A stretch of 64,000 bases of DNA from the IMG/VR virus record IMGVR_UViG_3300042923_000569, positions 186,001 to 250,000 of that record, one strand, 5' to 3'. Under the pieces are notes generated by a model, which had not been told where the DNA came from, searched no databases, and was given only the letters and a program-made list of their open reading frames with translations. Made by a program: the position numbers and the translations under genes. Positions 30,117-39,798 of this stretch are shown here, piece by piece. Position 1 is the stretch's first letter; every line of letters starts with the position of its first letter.

Positions 30117-30724
30117 AATTTCTTCAAACTCCGAAAAGTACCAATTACTAATTTCATACCATCAGTTATTGATTTAACAAGCTTAGGATCTGAGATAAGA
30201 TTTTGTATAGGTTCTTCACACTCAGATTCTTTAGCACTGTTTAAATGAATCCCCGTCAGATAATCAGTACTGTAATAGCTCATTACCTTATCATAGAATG
30301 TTTCTGGTGCTAAATCCAGAACAGACAAATACTGAAAGTACTGTTCTTCCTGGATAGGATAGTTCATCTGATGATCATATTTTTCAGCACCAGCAGAACC
30401 CACCAAACTAATAACTGACGAAGATGCTCTCCGACCACATTCAATCTGAATGTTCAAATCATCAGTATAAACAATCGTATTTTCAGTAATGTAATCGTAA
30501 TATAAGTAAATCATATACACAAATGAATCATTAATCAGTTTGAATGAGACTGAATCAGGAAACACGCTAAACCGAAATTCTACTCCACTCTTGGTTCCAC
30601 CAAAGTTATAAGGTTTATCTGGAATGAAATTTTTATCGTTAATTGCAATACGAAGACCTTCCAACTCAGTAATTACTTCCGAAAAACTTTCGGTAATATC
30701 CTGTACTAACTCTAACCGTAACAT
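30113..30724 (-). CDS. FQ-motif paralogue family protein
   Basis: YPIQEEQYFQYLS. Confidence 0.7.
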   Translation of the reverse strand: MLRLELVQDITESFSEVITELEGLRIAINDKNFIPDKPYNFGGTKSGVEFRFSVFPDSVSFKLINDSFVYMIYLYYDYITENTIVYTDDLNIQIECGRRASSSVISLVGSAGAEKYDHQMNYPIQEEQYFQYLSVLDLAPETFYDKVMSYYSTDYLTGIHLNSAKESECEEPIQNLISDPKLVKSITDGMKLVIGTFRSLKKL

Positions 30725-30857
30725 CTTCGCCCCGTCGCCGCGTGCCGCCCATTATATCTTGATAACTATAATGAGAAGCGGAAATTTTTTTTGGTCATTT
30801 TTTAACCTGCCTTTTTTAAGGCAACACTTATTTATGCAAACCAAAAGAGGCCATTTT

Positions 30858-31478
30858 TCAATAGCCTTGTGTCTTAAAGCGTTTAATCTCTTCTGTCATT
30901 AAACCTTTTGTCGCATCCATAACGTATTGTACCACATTATCTAAACTTGTTTCATTTAATAGCGGATTCGATAAATGCATCTGCGTATGAAACGCCTGAA
31001 ACATTGGACAACTTTCAATAACGTACTGACTCGTGTACATAAACCTATCAATCAAATCCTCTGAAGGTAATTCCATTTGTGTTAAACGCTGAAAGTACTC
31101 AGCCTCGTCTAAAGGATATTTTAACGTAACATTTTCACGTTTCCACAAACTCACTATTTTCACTAAATTTATTTCATCGGTCAAACCACCCGTAACACTC
31201 AAAATACCTGGTTCGAAAAACCTAATCTCTGATGACTTCTCAGTACTACCATGATACAACCAAACTGAATGAAATAATGGTAACTTCTCTCCGTCTTCCC
31301 GAATGCTATGAACGTCAAATGTCATTCTGTCATGCACGAATCGTACCAACCTTATATATACATGGTCAGTACTATATTCCAAATCATCCTGTACACCTGG
31401 AGTAAAAGTACCAACAAGCTTCTGTACTTCAGCTAAAGCCTGATAGAACTCTAAAAACTTTATCCTGTTGTCTGACAT
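30858..31478 (-). CDS. FQ-motif paralogue family protein
   Basis: YPLDEAEYFQRLT. Confidence 0.7.
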   Translation of the reverse strand: MSDNRIKFLEFYQALAEVQKLVGTFTPGVQDDLEYSTDHVYIRLVRFVHDRMTFDVHSIREDGEKLPLFHSVWLYHGSTEKSSEIRFFEPGILSVTGGLTDEINLVKIVSLWKRENVTLKYPLDEAEYFQRLTQMELPSEDLIDRFMYTSQYVIESCPMFQAFHTQMHLSNPLLNETSLDNVVQYVMDATKGLMTEEIKRFKTQGY

Positions 31479-32023
31479 AATAATTCCTTTAGTACGTGTA
31501 TTAGGTGCCGTAAATCGTCTTCACTGAGAATATCGTATACATTGAAATTAATCTGTACTCTAGGATGCTCAGGACTGTAGTTACGGTACAAGTGTTCAAG
31601 TATCATAGCATTGACTTCATTCTGTGTGTACTTTGTTAGTAGCTGGAACTCCATCGATTCTAATTCATCGTGACTTAATCGTTCATCAGGAGAGTAAGGT
31701 AAAGATGGAAAACTATTCCTTGCCATATATAATTGTGCTGAACTTTCTCTTACTATATCCCTAAAGGTATTGTATCGTGTCTGTATCGTAAAATTATAGT
31801 CATCCCTCAAAGTACTATTAAGCGGTGCACTAAAGTCCTGTAAAGAAATAAACTCAGTGTAAGTAATCACATACAATGCAGTACTTGCACTATAACTGAA
31901 AAGCCTATAAGTCTTGTCAGACTTGTCAGATGGGAGTATCCTTATCTCATCATTAACTACTTTCTCATGGAAATGTAAGTCTTTAAGTAAACATACCAAT
32001 TCCGCTAGGAGTACAATTTTCAT
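31460..32023 (-). CDS. FQ-motif paralogue family protein
   Basis: ESMEFQLLTKYT. Confidence 0.7.
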   Translation of the reverse strand: MKIVLLAELVCLLKDLHFHEKVVNDEIRILPSDKSDKTYRLFSYSASTALYVITYTEFISLQDFSAPLNSTLRDDYNFTIQTRYNTFRDIVRESSAQLYMARNSFPSLPYSPDERLSHDELESMEFQLLTKYTQNEVNAMILEHLYRNYSPEHPRVQINFNVYDILSEDDLRHLIHVLKELLCQTTG

Positions 32024-32595
32024 TTCATCGAACTCTTAAGATAAGGAACCAGAATATTAACTACTTCATGAGGTTCTAACATATCATGATATAGTACCAC
32101 CCCAACGCTAAGTGCATCGTAGTTGGACAGTAGCTGTTGCATAACCCTAACCTCATCATCCAAGATTTTATACTGTTCTTCAGTAAGTAAGTTCTGGACA
32201 GTCATCAACTGAAAGTACTGTTCTTCACTGAAAGGATATGGCATAAAAGTATAAGGACTTTTAGAATCTTTGGAGTTATCCTTATCGTACAGTGCGTAAT
32301 ATCTTGGGAAGTCAGGTTTCCAGTGTGCTAGACGAATACTGTTCTCTGTTATAGTACTGAAGTACTGGTCTTTGCTATTATAACTAATCTCGTAGATAGT
32401 AGTTCTACCAGTAGGTAATTCACGGTGTAATCTTAGAATCCTGTCTAAACTTACAAAAGGGTTCTCTATAAATTCTATTACATAACCGTGTTCTATTATT
32501 GTAGTATCACACTTTCTTGGGTTAGCGTTGTACATTAAAGGTACTAAAGCCGCCCACGTACCAATGAACATATCCTGTAGTTTATCGTAATCCAT
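32020..32595 (-). CDS. FQ-motif paralogue family protein
   Basis: YPFSEEQYFQLMTVQN. Confidence 0.7.
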   Translation of the reverse strand: MDYDKLQDMFIGTWAALVPLMYNANPRKCDTTIIEHGYVIEFIENPFVSLDRILRLHRELPTGRTTIYEISYNSKDQYFSTITENSIRLAHWKPDFPRYYALYDKDNSKDSKSPYTFMPYPFSEEQYFQLMTVQNLLTEEQYKILDDEVRVMQQLLSNYDALSVGVVLYHDMLEPHEVVNILVPYLKSSMK

Positions 32596-32604
32596 ATCGT
32601 GCCT

Positions 32605-33120
32605 TTATAGTAGTTCTGTTAAGTTTAAAAATCGTATAGTGCAACGTTTAAGTCGTTCAGTCTTTTGCTCTATACTGTTGTCATCTTCGTTGGTTATCGT
32701 GATGCAATCGTAGGGAAGTTTTGCTTCGGTATAGAAAGTACTGCACAGGTTGCTTAACATCGTAGGTTCATCGTGTAGTGACATTTGCTGAAATATGAAC
32801 TCATCAGTGAGTGCTATCGTGCTGTACTTATCGTACTCATAATCTACTGGTGCGATTTGACCTGGACATTTCAGTACAGTACTTCGGTTGTTAGTTTTCC
32901 ATCCTGGTTCTTGATCTCGACCAATGATAGTATAAAGATTGTTGATATTAAAAATCATATTGTTTTTCTGTTTATAAGTAAGATTTAATCCTTCAACTGG
33001 TGAAATCGACCCTTCTAATTTAAAGTGCTTAAAGTATTGCTCTAATTTAAAGAACAGTATGTTGCCCGAAACGGACATATCAATGTATGCCCGAACGTAT
33101 TCCTGTATATCACCAAACAT
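32605..33120 (-). CDS. FQ-motif paralogue family protein
   Basis: TDEFIFQQMS. Confidence 0.7.
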   Translation of the reverse strand: MFGDIQEYVRAYIDMSVSGNILFFKLEQYFKHFKLEGSISPVEGLNLTYKQKNNMIFNINNLYTIIGRDQEPGWKTNNRSTVLKCPGQIAPVDYEYDKYSTIALTDEFIFQQMSLHDEPTMLSNLCSTFYTEAKLPYDCITITNEDDNSIEQKTERLKRCTIRFLNLTELL

Positions 33121-33324
33121 GTAAAACCTTTATCCTTATACCCCATTTATGTGTCGCTAAGCGTTACTGGCCTTTAGTACTAAAAAAATAAAACCATAGT
33201 CCAATGGTTTTTATTTTAGAAATGTCAAGGGATTACCTGTGCATTTTAAAAGTCAAGAAGTTTTATTTTGAGGTAACTATTTTTTGCACCTATATAAAAG
33301 TACGCTAATCCTTCGCAGGACACG

Positions 33325-33525
33325 TTATACGCGGCGTACAGTACAGCCTGACGTACCATACTCCACCTGGTACTCTGAGCCAGTAGGTAGTCGCTCAAGG
33401 GCGTTGCGTAGCGTGGTAGTCTTCTTCACGCTGATAGGTAGCTGACGTAGTACTACATGCACTGCTTCATCAGTACTATTAACCTGAGCCACGATGGAAC
33501 CGAGGCAACCGATAACTGTAAACAT
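33325..33525 (-). CDS. small early protein
   Basis: start moved to MFTV after AAGGA RBS. Confidence 0.6.
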   Translation of the reverse strand: MFTVIGCLGSIVAQVNSTDEAVHVVLRQLPISVKKTTTLRNALERLPTGSEYQVEYGTSGCTVRRV

Positions 33526-33605
33526 AATCTTATTGTCCTTATGAATAGGGAAAGCCACCAGCATTGTGCCAGTGGCTTAGGGATTTGTCAAGTACTATTG
33601 TACTT

Positions 33606-33902
33606 TTAATTATTGTCCTGCTGCAATTCATATTTGAATGATACGAGATCATCATTCAGATAGAATGTACTGTGACCAGGTTTAACATCAGCGTGACCAT
33701 CAACTGACTGTTTGTAGTTTGACTCCAGCCATTCCATCTGGTCTTGCTGGTCTTCAGGGTCGGTAATCCCGCACGCCATCAGCACCATCATTACCGCCAG
33801 TTGTCTAGGGTTTTCAGTACCAACCAGGTTGATTCTAATGTCCAGTACGTTGAAGCCAAAACGGTTTACAGAAACATTAACGAACGGGGTAGATGTAGCC
33901 AT
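33606..33902 (-). CDS. small early protein
   Basis: start moved to MATS after GGAG RBS; C-terminal NDDLVSFKY resembles 34004 protein. Confidence 0.65.
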   Translation of the reverse strand: MATSTPFVNVSVNRFGFNVLDIRINLVGTENPRQLAVMMVLMACGITDPEDQQDQMEWLESNYKQSVDGHADVKPGHSTFYLNDDLVSFKYELQQDNN

Positions 33903-34003
33903 GATGTAAATCTCCGGGGTAATGTGAAAAGCACTATTGCCTTCCGATGAATATATAATACTACTACCTATCCGAGTACGCAAGTACTTTCTTAAAGATT
34001 ATT

Positions 34004-34249
34004 CTAAGAAATGTATTCAATACTTACTACCATATCATTGCTAATATATCCTCTGCCGTTACCTGATACGCAGGCACGATAGTTAATCTCTGCTATTGCC
34101 TGATGGTCTTCGCGTTTAGTACTGTTAGTTGCAGCCATTGTAAGATCCACCAGCACTCTCATATGCCCAGGGGTCTTATCGCGGTTCAATGTGAATTCAG
34201 TAATATCAGTGTTGCCTAATGATACAGTTACTTTAATCTGATTTGACAT
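34004..34249 (-). CDS. small early protein
   Basis: 81-aa ORF; ends NDMVVSIEY. Confidence 0.65.
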   Translation of the reverse strand: MSNQIKVTVSLGNTDITEFTLNRDKTPGHMRVLVDLTMAATNSTKREDHQAIAEINYRACVSGNGRGYISNDMVVSIEYIS

Positions 34250-34305
34250 ATCCGTGCCCCTAGAGAAAGTGGGAAGTAGTCTTACTTCCCGATGTGATTA
34301 ATATA

Positions 34306-34575
34306 CTACTTAGCGATCTTTGCTGCAAGTACTTTCAAGAATGTTTTCAATTCTTTTTCGTTAGAAGTTTCTAACAGTACATTGCCATTAATTTCATTTA
34401 CTTTGAATGAACCGTTGGCATACACTCTTACAAAGTACATTGGTTCTGCTGCATCTTCTTCATCATCGATAGACCAGAACTCTACTTCAGTAGCTTCTTC
34501 ATCATCGATTGTTTCCATGAAGTCTGCAACCTGGTTAGCACCAAACAGTTTATTCAGCAGGGTGATAATTTTCAT
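34306..34575 (-). CDS. small acidic early protein
   Basis: own promoter TTGCGT-17-TATTAT and GGAG RBS. Confidence 0.7.
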   Translation of the reverse strand: MKIITLLNKLFGANQVADFMETIDDEEATEVEFWSIDDEEDAAEPMYFVRVYANGSFKVNEINGNVLLETSNEKELKTFLKVLAAKIAK

Positions 34576-34681
34576 TTCGTTTACTCCGTTGCGTTTCCGA
34601 TGTAGTAATAATAGTACTTCTGAATGTTTAACGCAAGCCTTTTTTAAATTAAAAGTATAATTTTTTATTTGCTGTAGGGTA

Positions 34682-34758
34682 TTGACAGGCCACCAGCACT
34701 AAGGCATAATTAACACACAGACGGCGAAACGTCTTTGACCCATAGGGTGCGGAGCTAT
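34682..34758 (+). ncRNA. promoter-hairpin-CCCATAGGGTGC unit 1 (Chi in promoter spacer)
   Basis: TTGACA-17-CATAAT; AGACG-GCGAAA-CGTCT; motif at 34739-34750; no ORF downstream. Confidence 0.55.
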
Positions 34759-34795
34759 ATAAAAAATAAAAGTACTATCCAATAGATAGATCTAT

Positions 34796-34865
34796 GCACC
34801 CTATGGGCTTAGTGGCTGTATCTGCCAATGAGATAAGTATAGCAAAAAGGGCTGACCGAAGTCAA
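34796..34865 (-). ncRNA. promoter-hairpin-CCCATAGGGTGC unit 2
   Basis: TTGACT-18-TATACT; TGGC-AGATACA-GCCA; motif at 34796-34807. Confidence 0.55.
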
Positions 34866-34873
34866 CCCCTTTT
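34844..34873 (-). terminator. UUCG terminator with an embedded -35 box
   Basis: GGGGTTGAC-TTCG-GTCAGCCC-TTTTT. Confidence 0.7.
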
Positions 34874-34889
34874 ATGTAATTCTTTTTGG

Positions 34890-35060
34890 TTATGCTGGCT
34901 GGTGATCGTGACGGCCTTTAGTGTAGGCGTCCTCTAATTCTTTACGTTGCCAGGTATCGAGTGAGTTAAACAAAAGGCGGTTATCATTATCAACCGGGCG
35001 GTTGTTGGTTCCTAATTCGTACCAACGTACTTTCAACATTTCTAAATCTACTTGAACCAT
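34890..35060 (-). CDS. 56-aa protein, paralogue of 35156..35365
   Basis: MVQVDLEMLKVRWY...LFNSL...ELEDAYTKG; below the ORF-track cutoff; AAGGA RBS. Confidence 0.65.
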   Translation of the reverse strand: MVQVDLEMLKVRWYELGTNNRPVDNDNRLLFNSLDTWQRKELEDAYTKGRHDHQPA

Positions 35061-35155
35061 TTTGTACTATCCTTATGGACTCATTGTAACGATTATATAA
35101 TGTGGGTTATACTAAGTCAACCCTATTGATATTATTTTTTATTATGACTGGAATT

Positions 35156-35365
35156 TTAGAATGTCTTTACTGTTGGTAGTACTGTTGATTGCATCCACGT
35201 TTCTGATTCATCGTTGACGCCGTACAGATAGGCTTTCTTTAGTTCAGCCTGGATGTGGGATGGAAGGGAATCGAATAGTTCTTTGTCTTTCCCAATGATT
35301 GGATTTCCTGCAACTGCCTGCTTGTACCAACGGATTTTTAAAGCTTCGACTTGACTGTTTTGCAT
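35156..35365 (-). CDS. small early protein
   Basis: LKIRWY...LFDSL...ELKKAYLYG. Confidence 0.7.
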   Translation of the reverse strand: MQNSQVEALKIRWYKQAVAGNPIIGKDKELFDSLPSHIQAELKKAYLYGVNDESETWMQSTVLPTVKTF

Positions 35366-35533
35366 TGTTGGCCTACACCTTTCTTTGTTTTGTTAAGAAC
35401 ATCTTATCGGATTCCTCTTAATCTGTCAACTACCTTGACGAATTTTATTTTATGGTCTACCGTCAGGCTTAGTTGAGATATAAAAAAAGAGGTTGACAAT
35501 TGCCAACCTCTGTGAATCTAAACGTGTAATAGG

Positions 35534-35878
35534 TTAAACGCTGTATGTTTCGATCTGATGCTGCTTGATCGCATTGCGTTGTACTGCATCCAATTTATTA
35601 AACGCTGGCGATCCGTATGCAGGTTCGATCTGAGTCCAGTTTTCCAGGTTGATAGGTTGCCCGTATGCGATAGCCTGAAGCATACGCATAATGCGACGGT
35701 TCTGGATATCACGGATTTCCCGATCCGTTTTATCTTCATCTGACAACAGAGAAGATTCCAGCTTGAAGCGGCGACCATTGTAATCTTGTCCAGCGATTAC
35801 ATATTCAGTACTGTTATTTTTACCCGGCGACGTCATTACAAACAAGTTCATCTTCATGTAATTATCCTCCATAAACAA
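35534..35878 (-). CDS. hypothetical early protein
   Basis: GGAGG RBS; consensus promoter upstream. Confidence 0.7.
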   Translation of the reverse strand: MFMEDNYMKMNLFVMTSPGKNNSTEYVIAGQDYNGRRFKLESSLLSDEDKTDREIRDIQNRRIMRMLQAIAYGQPINLENWTQIEPAYGSPAFNKLDAVQRNAIKQHQIETYSV

Positions 35879-35887
35879 TATAATATG

Positions 35888-35921
35888 ATTATAGGCTAAG
35901 GGCTGACGGTTGTCAACCCTT
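35888..35921 (-). promoter_or_regulatory. consensus sigma70 promoter fused to a hairpin
   Basis: TTGACA (35911-16)-17-TATAAT (35888-93); -35 lies in the stem AGGGTTGAC/GTCAGCCCT. Confidence 0.8.
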
Positions 35922-35937
35922 TTTTTATATTTTAAAC

Positions 35938-36840
35938 TTAAAAATCGAGAAGTTCTTCAGGTTCGGCGTTTTTCAGTGCCAGCCTCTGATCTACCAGGTT
36001 CATCGCCATTTGCCAGAGTGAGCTATTCAACACGATGTTTTTATCAATGTTGGTGATAGCACGGCTGGTGCGTTTGCGTCCTGTTTCTGGATTGAAGCCT
36101 GACTGCCCGCCTTGCATCAAATGCTGTTGAACCGTATTAAAAGTACTATACAGGGAATTATCGTATTTGTCAGTACTATTTAAGCCTTTATGTGATAAAA
36201 GTGAACGCGGCTGGAATACGGCGTTTGTGAAATCACCGTTAAGCGGCATACCTTCTTTTAACACATACGCGGCAATGGCGAATGAATCACGTTCTGAAAT
36301 GTTCAGATCAATCTGTTTCATTTCTTCTTTATAACGTTCAATATCATCAAAGTCTTTTACTACAGTGTAAACACCTTCGATAACATCATCCATAACGCCT
36401 TTGCCTTTCGTGCCATTACCTTTGTGATAGATTTTAGTATTGTGTGACATATCACCCATTACTAAACCATTAGCACAAACAAAGCGAAATTGTCCCGCCA
36501 TTAACTGGTAAGCACTTGTACCATCATTGGCATTCACCAAAATGATTTCGTTTGCTTCACCTTCAACCTTACCAGGCTGACGGAAACGGATCATATGTTT
36601 AGTATAATCACGTTTGGTAGTATCGCGTACTTTTGCCTGTATCGCGTACATAGGAAAATAGTTTTCTTGTGCCAGGCGATCAACAATGTCAATCGTTGCC
36701 ACTGGTGCAAATCTTGATGACCGGCTTTCGTGCCCTTCAACTGCGAAGATTGAAGGAACCACTTCTAACAGTTCAGTACGGTTCAATGGACGGTTATCTT
36801 TAAGGGCAAAGCCGTTGATTCCTTGATACATTTTGTTCAT
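35938..36840 (-). CDS. DUF932/DUF945 family protein
   Basis: PSIFA.E.HESRS.RF, KHMIRFR, EIILVNANDGTSAYQLMAG.FRFVCANGLV. Confidence 0.85.
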   Translation of the reverse strand: MNKMYQGINGFALKDNRPLNRTELLEVVPSIFAVEGHESRSSRFAPVATIDIVDRLAQENYFPMYAIQAKVRDTTKRDYTKHMIRFRQPGKVEGEANEIILVNANDGTSAYQLMAGQFRFVCANGLVMGDMSHNTKIYHKGNGTKGKGVMDDVIEGVYTVVKDFDDIERYKEEMKQIDLNISERDSFAIAAYVLKEGMPLNGDFTNAVFQPRSLLSHKGLNSTDKYDNSLYSTFNTVQQHLMQGGQSGFNPETGRKRTSRAITNIDKNIVLNSSLWQMAMNLVDQRLALKNAEPEELLDF

Positions 36841-36910
36841 GGGATAGCCTCTAAGCATTAAGTTTTTAAATTATAATATGCTAAACTTTAATTGTCTAGC
36901 ACATTTGAGA

Positions 36911-37108
36911 TTATTTTTTATTCAGTTCAATTGATAAAGCATCAAACTCTTTCTGTTGAGTACTGGTAAGATCCACCAGCCAACTTACAGAAACCTCTAC
37001 ACGATAGCCATAATCAATCGCATAGATTGTGTTATCCAGAATCAGAGGCTGAATCGAGGGAAACTTTTCAGCTACCGCTGTATTGATGTTCAGTACTTTG
37101 CACCCCAT
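36911..37108 (-). CDS. small early protein
   Basis: own promoter cassette upstream. Confidence 0.6.
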   Translation of the reverse strand: MGCKVLNINTAVAEKFPSIQPLILDNTIYAIDYGYRVEVSVSWLVDLTSTQQKEFDALSIELNKK

Positions 37109-37230
37109 TTCTTCAACCCCTGTTCTGTTTCGATGTAGTAATAATAGTACTTTTATAAGTTAAACGCAAGTACTTTTTAAATTAAAAGTATAATTATTTG
37201 AAATTATTTTATTAGTACTGCTACAATACA

Positions 37231-37300
37231 GCACCCCAATGGGTTAGTAGCTGTATCTGCCAATGAGATAAGTATAGCAAAAAGGGCTGACCGAAGTCAA
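37231..37300 (-). ncRNA. promoter-hairpin-motif unit 3 (variant CCCATTGGGGTGC)
   Basis: TTGACT-18-TATACT; near-copy of unit 2. Confidence 0.5.
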
Positions 37301-37323
37301 CCCCTTTATTAAGAATTTTGGAT

Positions 37324-37902
37324 TTAAATGTAAGTTACTGAATGGTCAGTTTCTTCGAAATCAATATCATTTGCAATGATTGATTCCTTGACATTTTCGT
37401 CAGAAATCAGGTCATAATAACATTTGTCCAGGTCGAAGTAGTACGCATCGCCAGCGGCTTTAATGTACGCGTCAATCTCTAATTGCAATTTGTCATAAAG
37501 AGATTGCTGTTTTGGTGAAAGGTCATTTTGCCAATCACCATCCATTTCCGCTGAAGTAGTATTTGAATGGTAGTAGCGACTTGAACCACGAACCACTTTA
37601 CAAGAAATATCGTTGCCCTTGATCAGTTCATGCAACAGGCGATAATGTGACCAGTGTTTTGCTGCACGTAAAAACTTTTCAATGTCAACGTTATCAGCGG
37701 TAAAACTTGCACCATCGCCCTGGCTGCAAAAGCCGGAGTACTGAGATTCTACATCTTCAAAGCCAACGGCTTTCAGTTTATCATGATGTTCAGCGGTTAC
37801 GTGTTCGCACCAACCATCATAATCAACGTTAATATCTCTGTGCTTGTCAAGTGCTTTGGCCTGTTGCTGTGCGTTCAGTTCGTTGAATTTCATGATGTTC
37901 AT
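37324..37902 (-). CDS. conserved phage/plasmid hypothetical protein
   Basis: YSGFCSQGDGASF and YYHSNT motifs. Confidence 0.75.
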   Translation of the reverse strand: MNIMKFNELNAQQQAKALDKHRDINVDYDGWCEHVTAEHHDKLKAVGFEDVESQYSGFCSQGDGASFTADNVDIEKFLRAAKHWSHYRLLHELIKGNDISCKVVRGSSRYYHSNTTSAEMDGDWQNDLSPKQQSLYDKLQLEIDAYIKAAGDAYYFDLDKCYYDLISDENVKESIIANDIDFEETDHSVTYI

Positions 37903-38100
37903 CTCAATTAAAATGGTTAGGAACTATTCCTTAACCTTGAATACATTATACATTACTACGTTAAACTTGCAAGTACTTTCTAGTAGATAATCAGGTAAAT
38001 TATGAAGATAATTACTATCAGTACTTTTACCATTTTTTCCATCTGCATGGCTACTATATGTGCTAGGCTCTTAGTACTGTATAGTACTACATAACGTTTC

Positions 38101-38325
38101 TTAGTGGACATACCTCATTGCCCCAAATGTAAGAGGGGTATTAACAACACTAACTTTTGTGATAATAAGGTTAGGTTCAATCCCGTTAAAGTAGCGAAGT
38201 GCGAACACTGTATCGCCCATTGAATAGTCTTCACGTAAACAAATAGGTTGCAGTACTTCAGACATTTGTCTATCTTCATCTGAAGGTTCTTCAAAAATAA
38301 TCTTCTTTAAAAAGTCTTCAATCAT
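38101..38325 (-). CDS. small early protein
   Basis: AAGGA RBS. Confidence 0.6.
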   Translation of the reverse strand: MIEDFLKKIIFEEPSDEDRQMSEVLQPICLREDYSMGDTVFALRYFNGIEPNLIITKVSVVNTPLTFGAMRYVH

Positions 38326-38435
38326 TACCGTATTCCTTTATGTTGTGGTATGAAACTAATCTTAGTACAACTTATTAGTACTTGCAAGAATTATTTTAGT
38401 ACAATATATAACCTATAACTAACAAATATATCTAT

Positions 38436-38504
38436 GCACCCTATGGGTTAGTAGCGGTATCTGCCAATGAGATAAGTATAGCAAAAGGGGCTAACCTAAG
38501 TCAA
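38436..38504 (-). ncRNA. promoter-hairpin-CCCATAGGGTGC unit 4
   Basis: TTGACT-18-TATACT; motif at 38436-38447. Confidence 0.5.
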
Positions 38505-38518
38505 CCCCTTGTTTAAAA

Positions 38519-38860
38519 TTATTTGCAAGTATAGATAACTTTAGCGGGAACATACTTACCAGTACTTTCATCCGGGATCGCAGTTTCCATAGTATATTTG
38601 TTATGGATGCGGTCTGAAATGATCCGGCCTGTATCGTTTCGGTAATCGTTACCGTCTTTCCAGAATTCCAGGGCATGACCGTGACTAGTCAAAGTAACTT
38701 TTGGTTGAGTAAGTTCAATCGTTGAACCTACAGACATAGGAACATTACTTGCGACTGTGTTCCCATTAACGATCAGTGTTTGAGTACTACAGGTTAGTAC
38801 TTCAGCTTGAACGGACAGTGACAGTACTGATAAGATACCAAAGGCGATTAACTTTTTCAT
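38519..38860 (-). CDS. secreted/periplasmic protein
   Basis: MKKLIAFGILSVLSLSVQA signal peptide; one Cys pair. Confidence 0.7.
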   Translation of the reverse strand: MKKLIAFGILSVLSLSVQAEVLTCSTQTLIVNGNTVASNVPMSVGSTIELTQPKVTLTSHGHALEFWKDGNDYRNDTGRIISDRIHNKYTMETAIPDESTGKYVPAKVIYTCK

Positions 38861-38929
38861 TTTATAATCCTGTTCAGTTGATATAGTTATTATAATAAAA
38901 AAGGCTGACAAACGTCAACCTCTTTTTGA

Positions 38930-39454
38930 TTATTCTATAGTACTATTTAAAATTGCGTTCTGTATGTATTCCATAATTTCATATTGGTCTACATTGTCTT
39001 TTGATGTAATTTCTTGCATTGCACGATATGCCGCGAAGACGCCAGCTTTAAATTTAGCTGGTGGCACTGCTTTGAGAGAATTCACTATACTAGATAAGTA
39101 ACCTGGATTATTAGCAAAGATTCTCGCTAAGTCCTGGGTTAGAGCTTGTACTTTTGTTCTACTGTTATGTACTGGATCTTTCGGAGCTTCTTCTGGTTCA
39201 GCGGTAGGAGTTGAACCCGGCATAAGCCCTAATGATTTAAAGTACTTTAACTTTTCTTCAGGCTTCATTTTTGACGTATCGATACCCTGAGAAGGCATTG
39301 TGTTTAATTTGCCTTGCATTCCTGTACCCTGATTACGTTTACCTTTGCTACCTTGTCCGGCGTCGTGACTGTTTGCACTGCGTTCACTGTTCGACCACTT
39401 ATCAGAGTGTCCTGAAAGTGTTGCACCGTTTTTACTTCTGAATGTTCCAGGCAT
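38930..39454 (-). CDS. hypothetical protein
   Basis: start moved to MPGTFRS. Confidence 0.65.
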   Translation of the reverse strand: MPGTFRSKNGATLSGHSDKWSNSERSANSHDAGQGSKGKRNQGTGMQGKLNTMPSQGIDTSKMKPEEKLKYFKSLGLMPGSTPTAEPEEAPKDPVHNSRTKVQALTQDLARIFANNPGYLSSIVNSLKAVPPAKFKAGVFAAYRAMQEITSKDNVDQYEIMEYIQNAILNSTIE

Positions 39455-39511
39455 AATAAAAAATCCCCAATATGTTATAAAGTTTATTATAATCATATTT
39501 AGGGATTATGT

Positions 39512-39754
39512 CTACCGCCGTTCAACGAATTTGTTATACTGTTCATGCGTCATTAGGTTTAGTACTTCATCCCGGATCACAATGCGTTCATTGTGTGATA
39601 CGTCAAGTACTTTAAACAATCCACAACCTAACTTCCTGGCATGAATAGATCCGCTTTTGTATCCGGTCACAACCTTGATCGCTTTGTCAAGTATCTTTGT
39701 TTGTACTTTAAAGTGCAATCGAAGTTGTATATCTTGAATCATTATCCGCTTCAT
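39512..39754 (-). CDS. ParE/RelE-fold-like small protein
   Basis: ARKL...LDV....RI......LMTHEQYNK resembles stand-alone ParE-like phage proteins. Confidence 0.4.
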   Translation of the reverse strand: MKRIMIQDIQLRLHFKVQTKILDKAIKVVTGYKSGSIHARKLGCGLFKVLDVSHNERIVIRDEVLNLMTHEQYNKFVERR

Positions 39755-39798
39755 AGATACACCTTCTAAGGGGCTTGTCAAGCCCCCTACGATTGATT

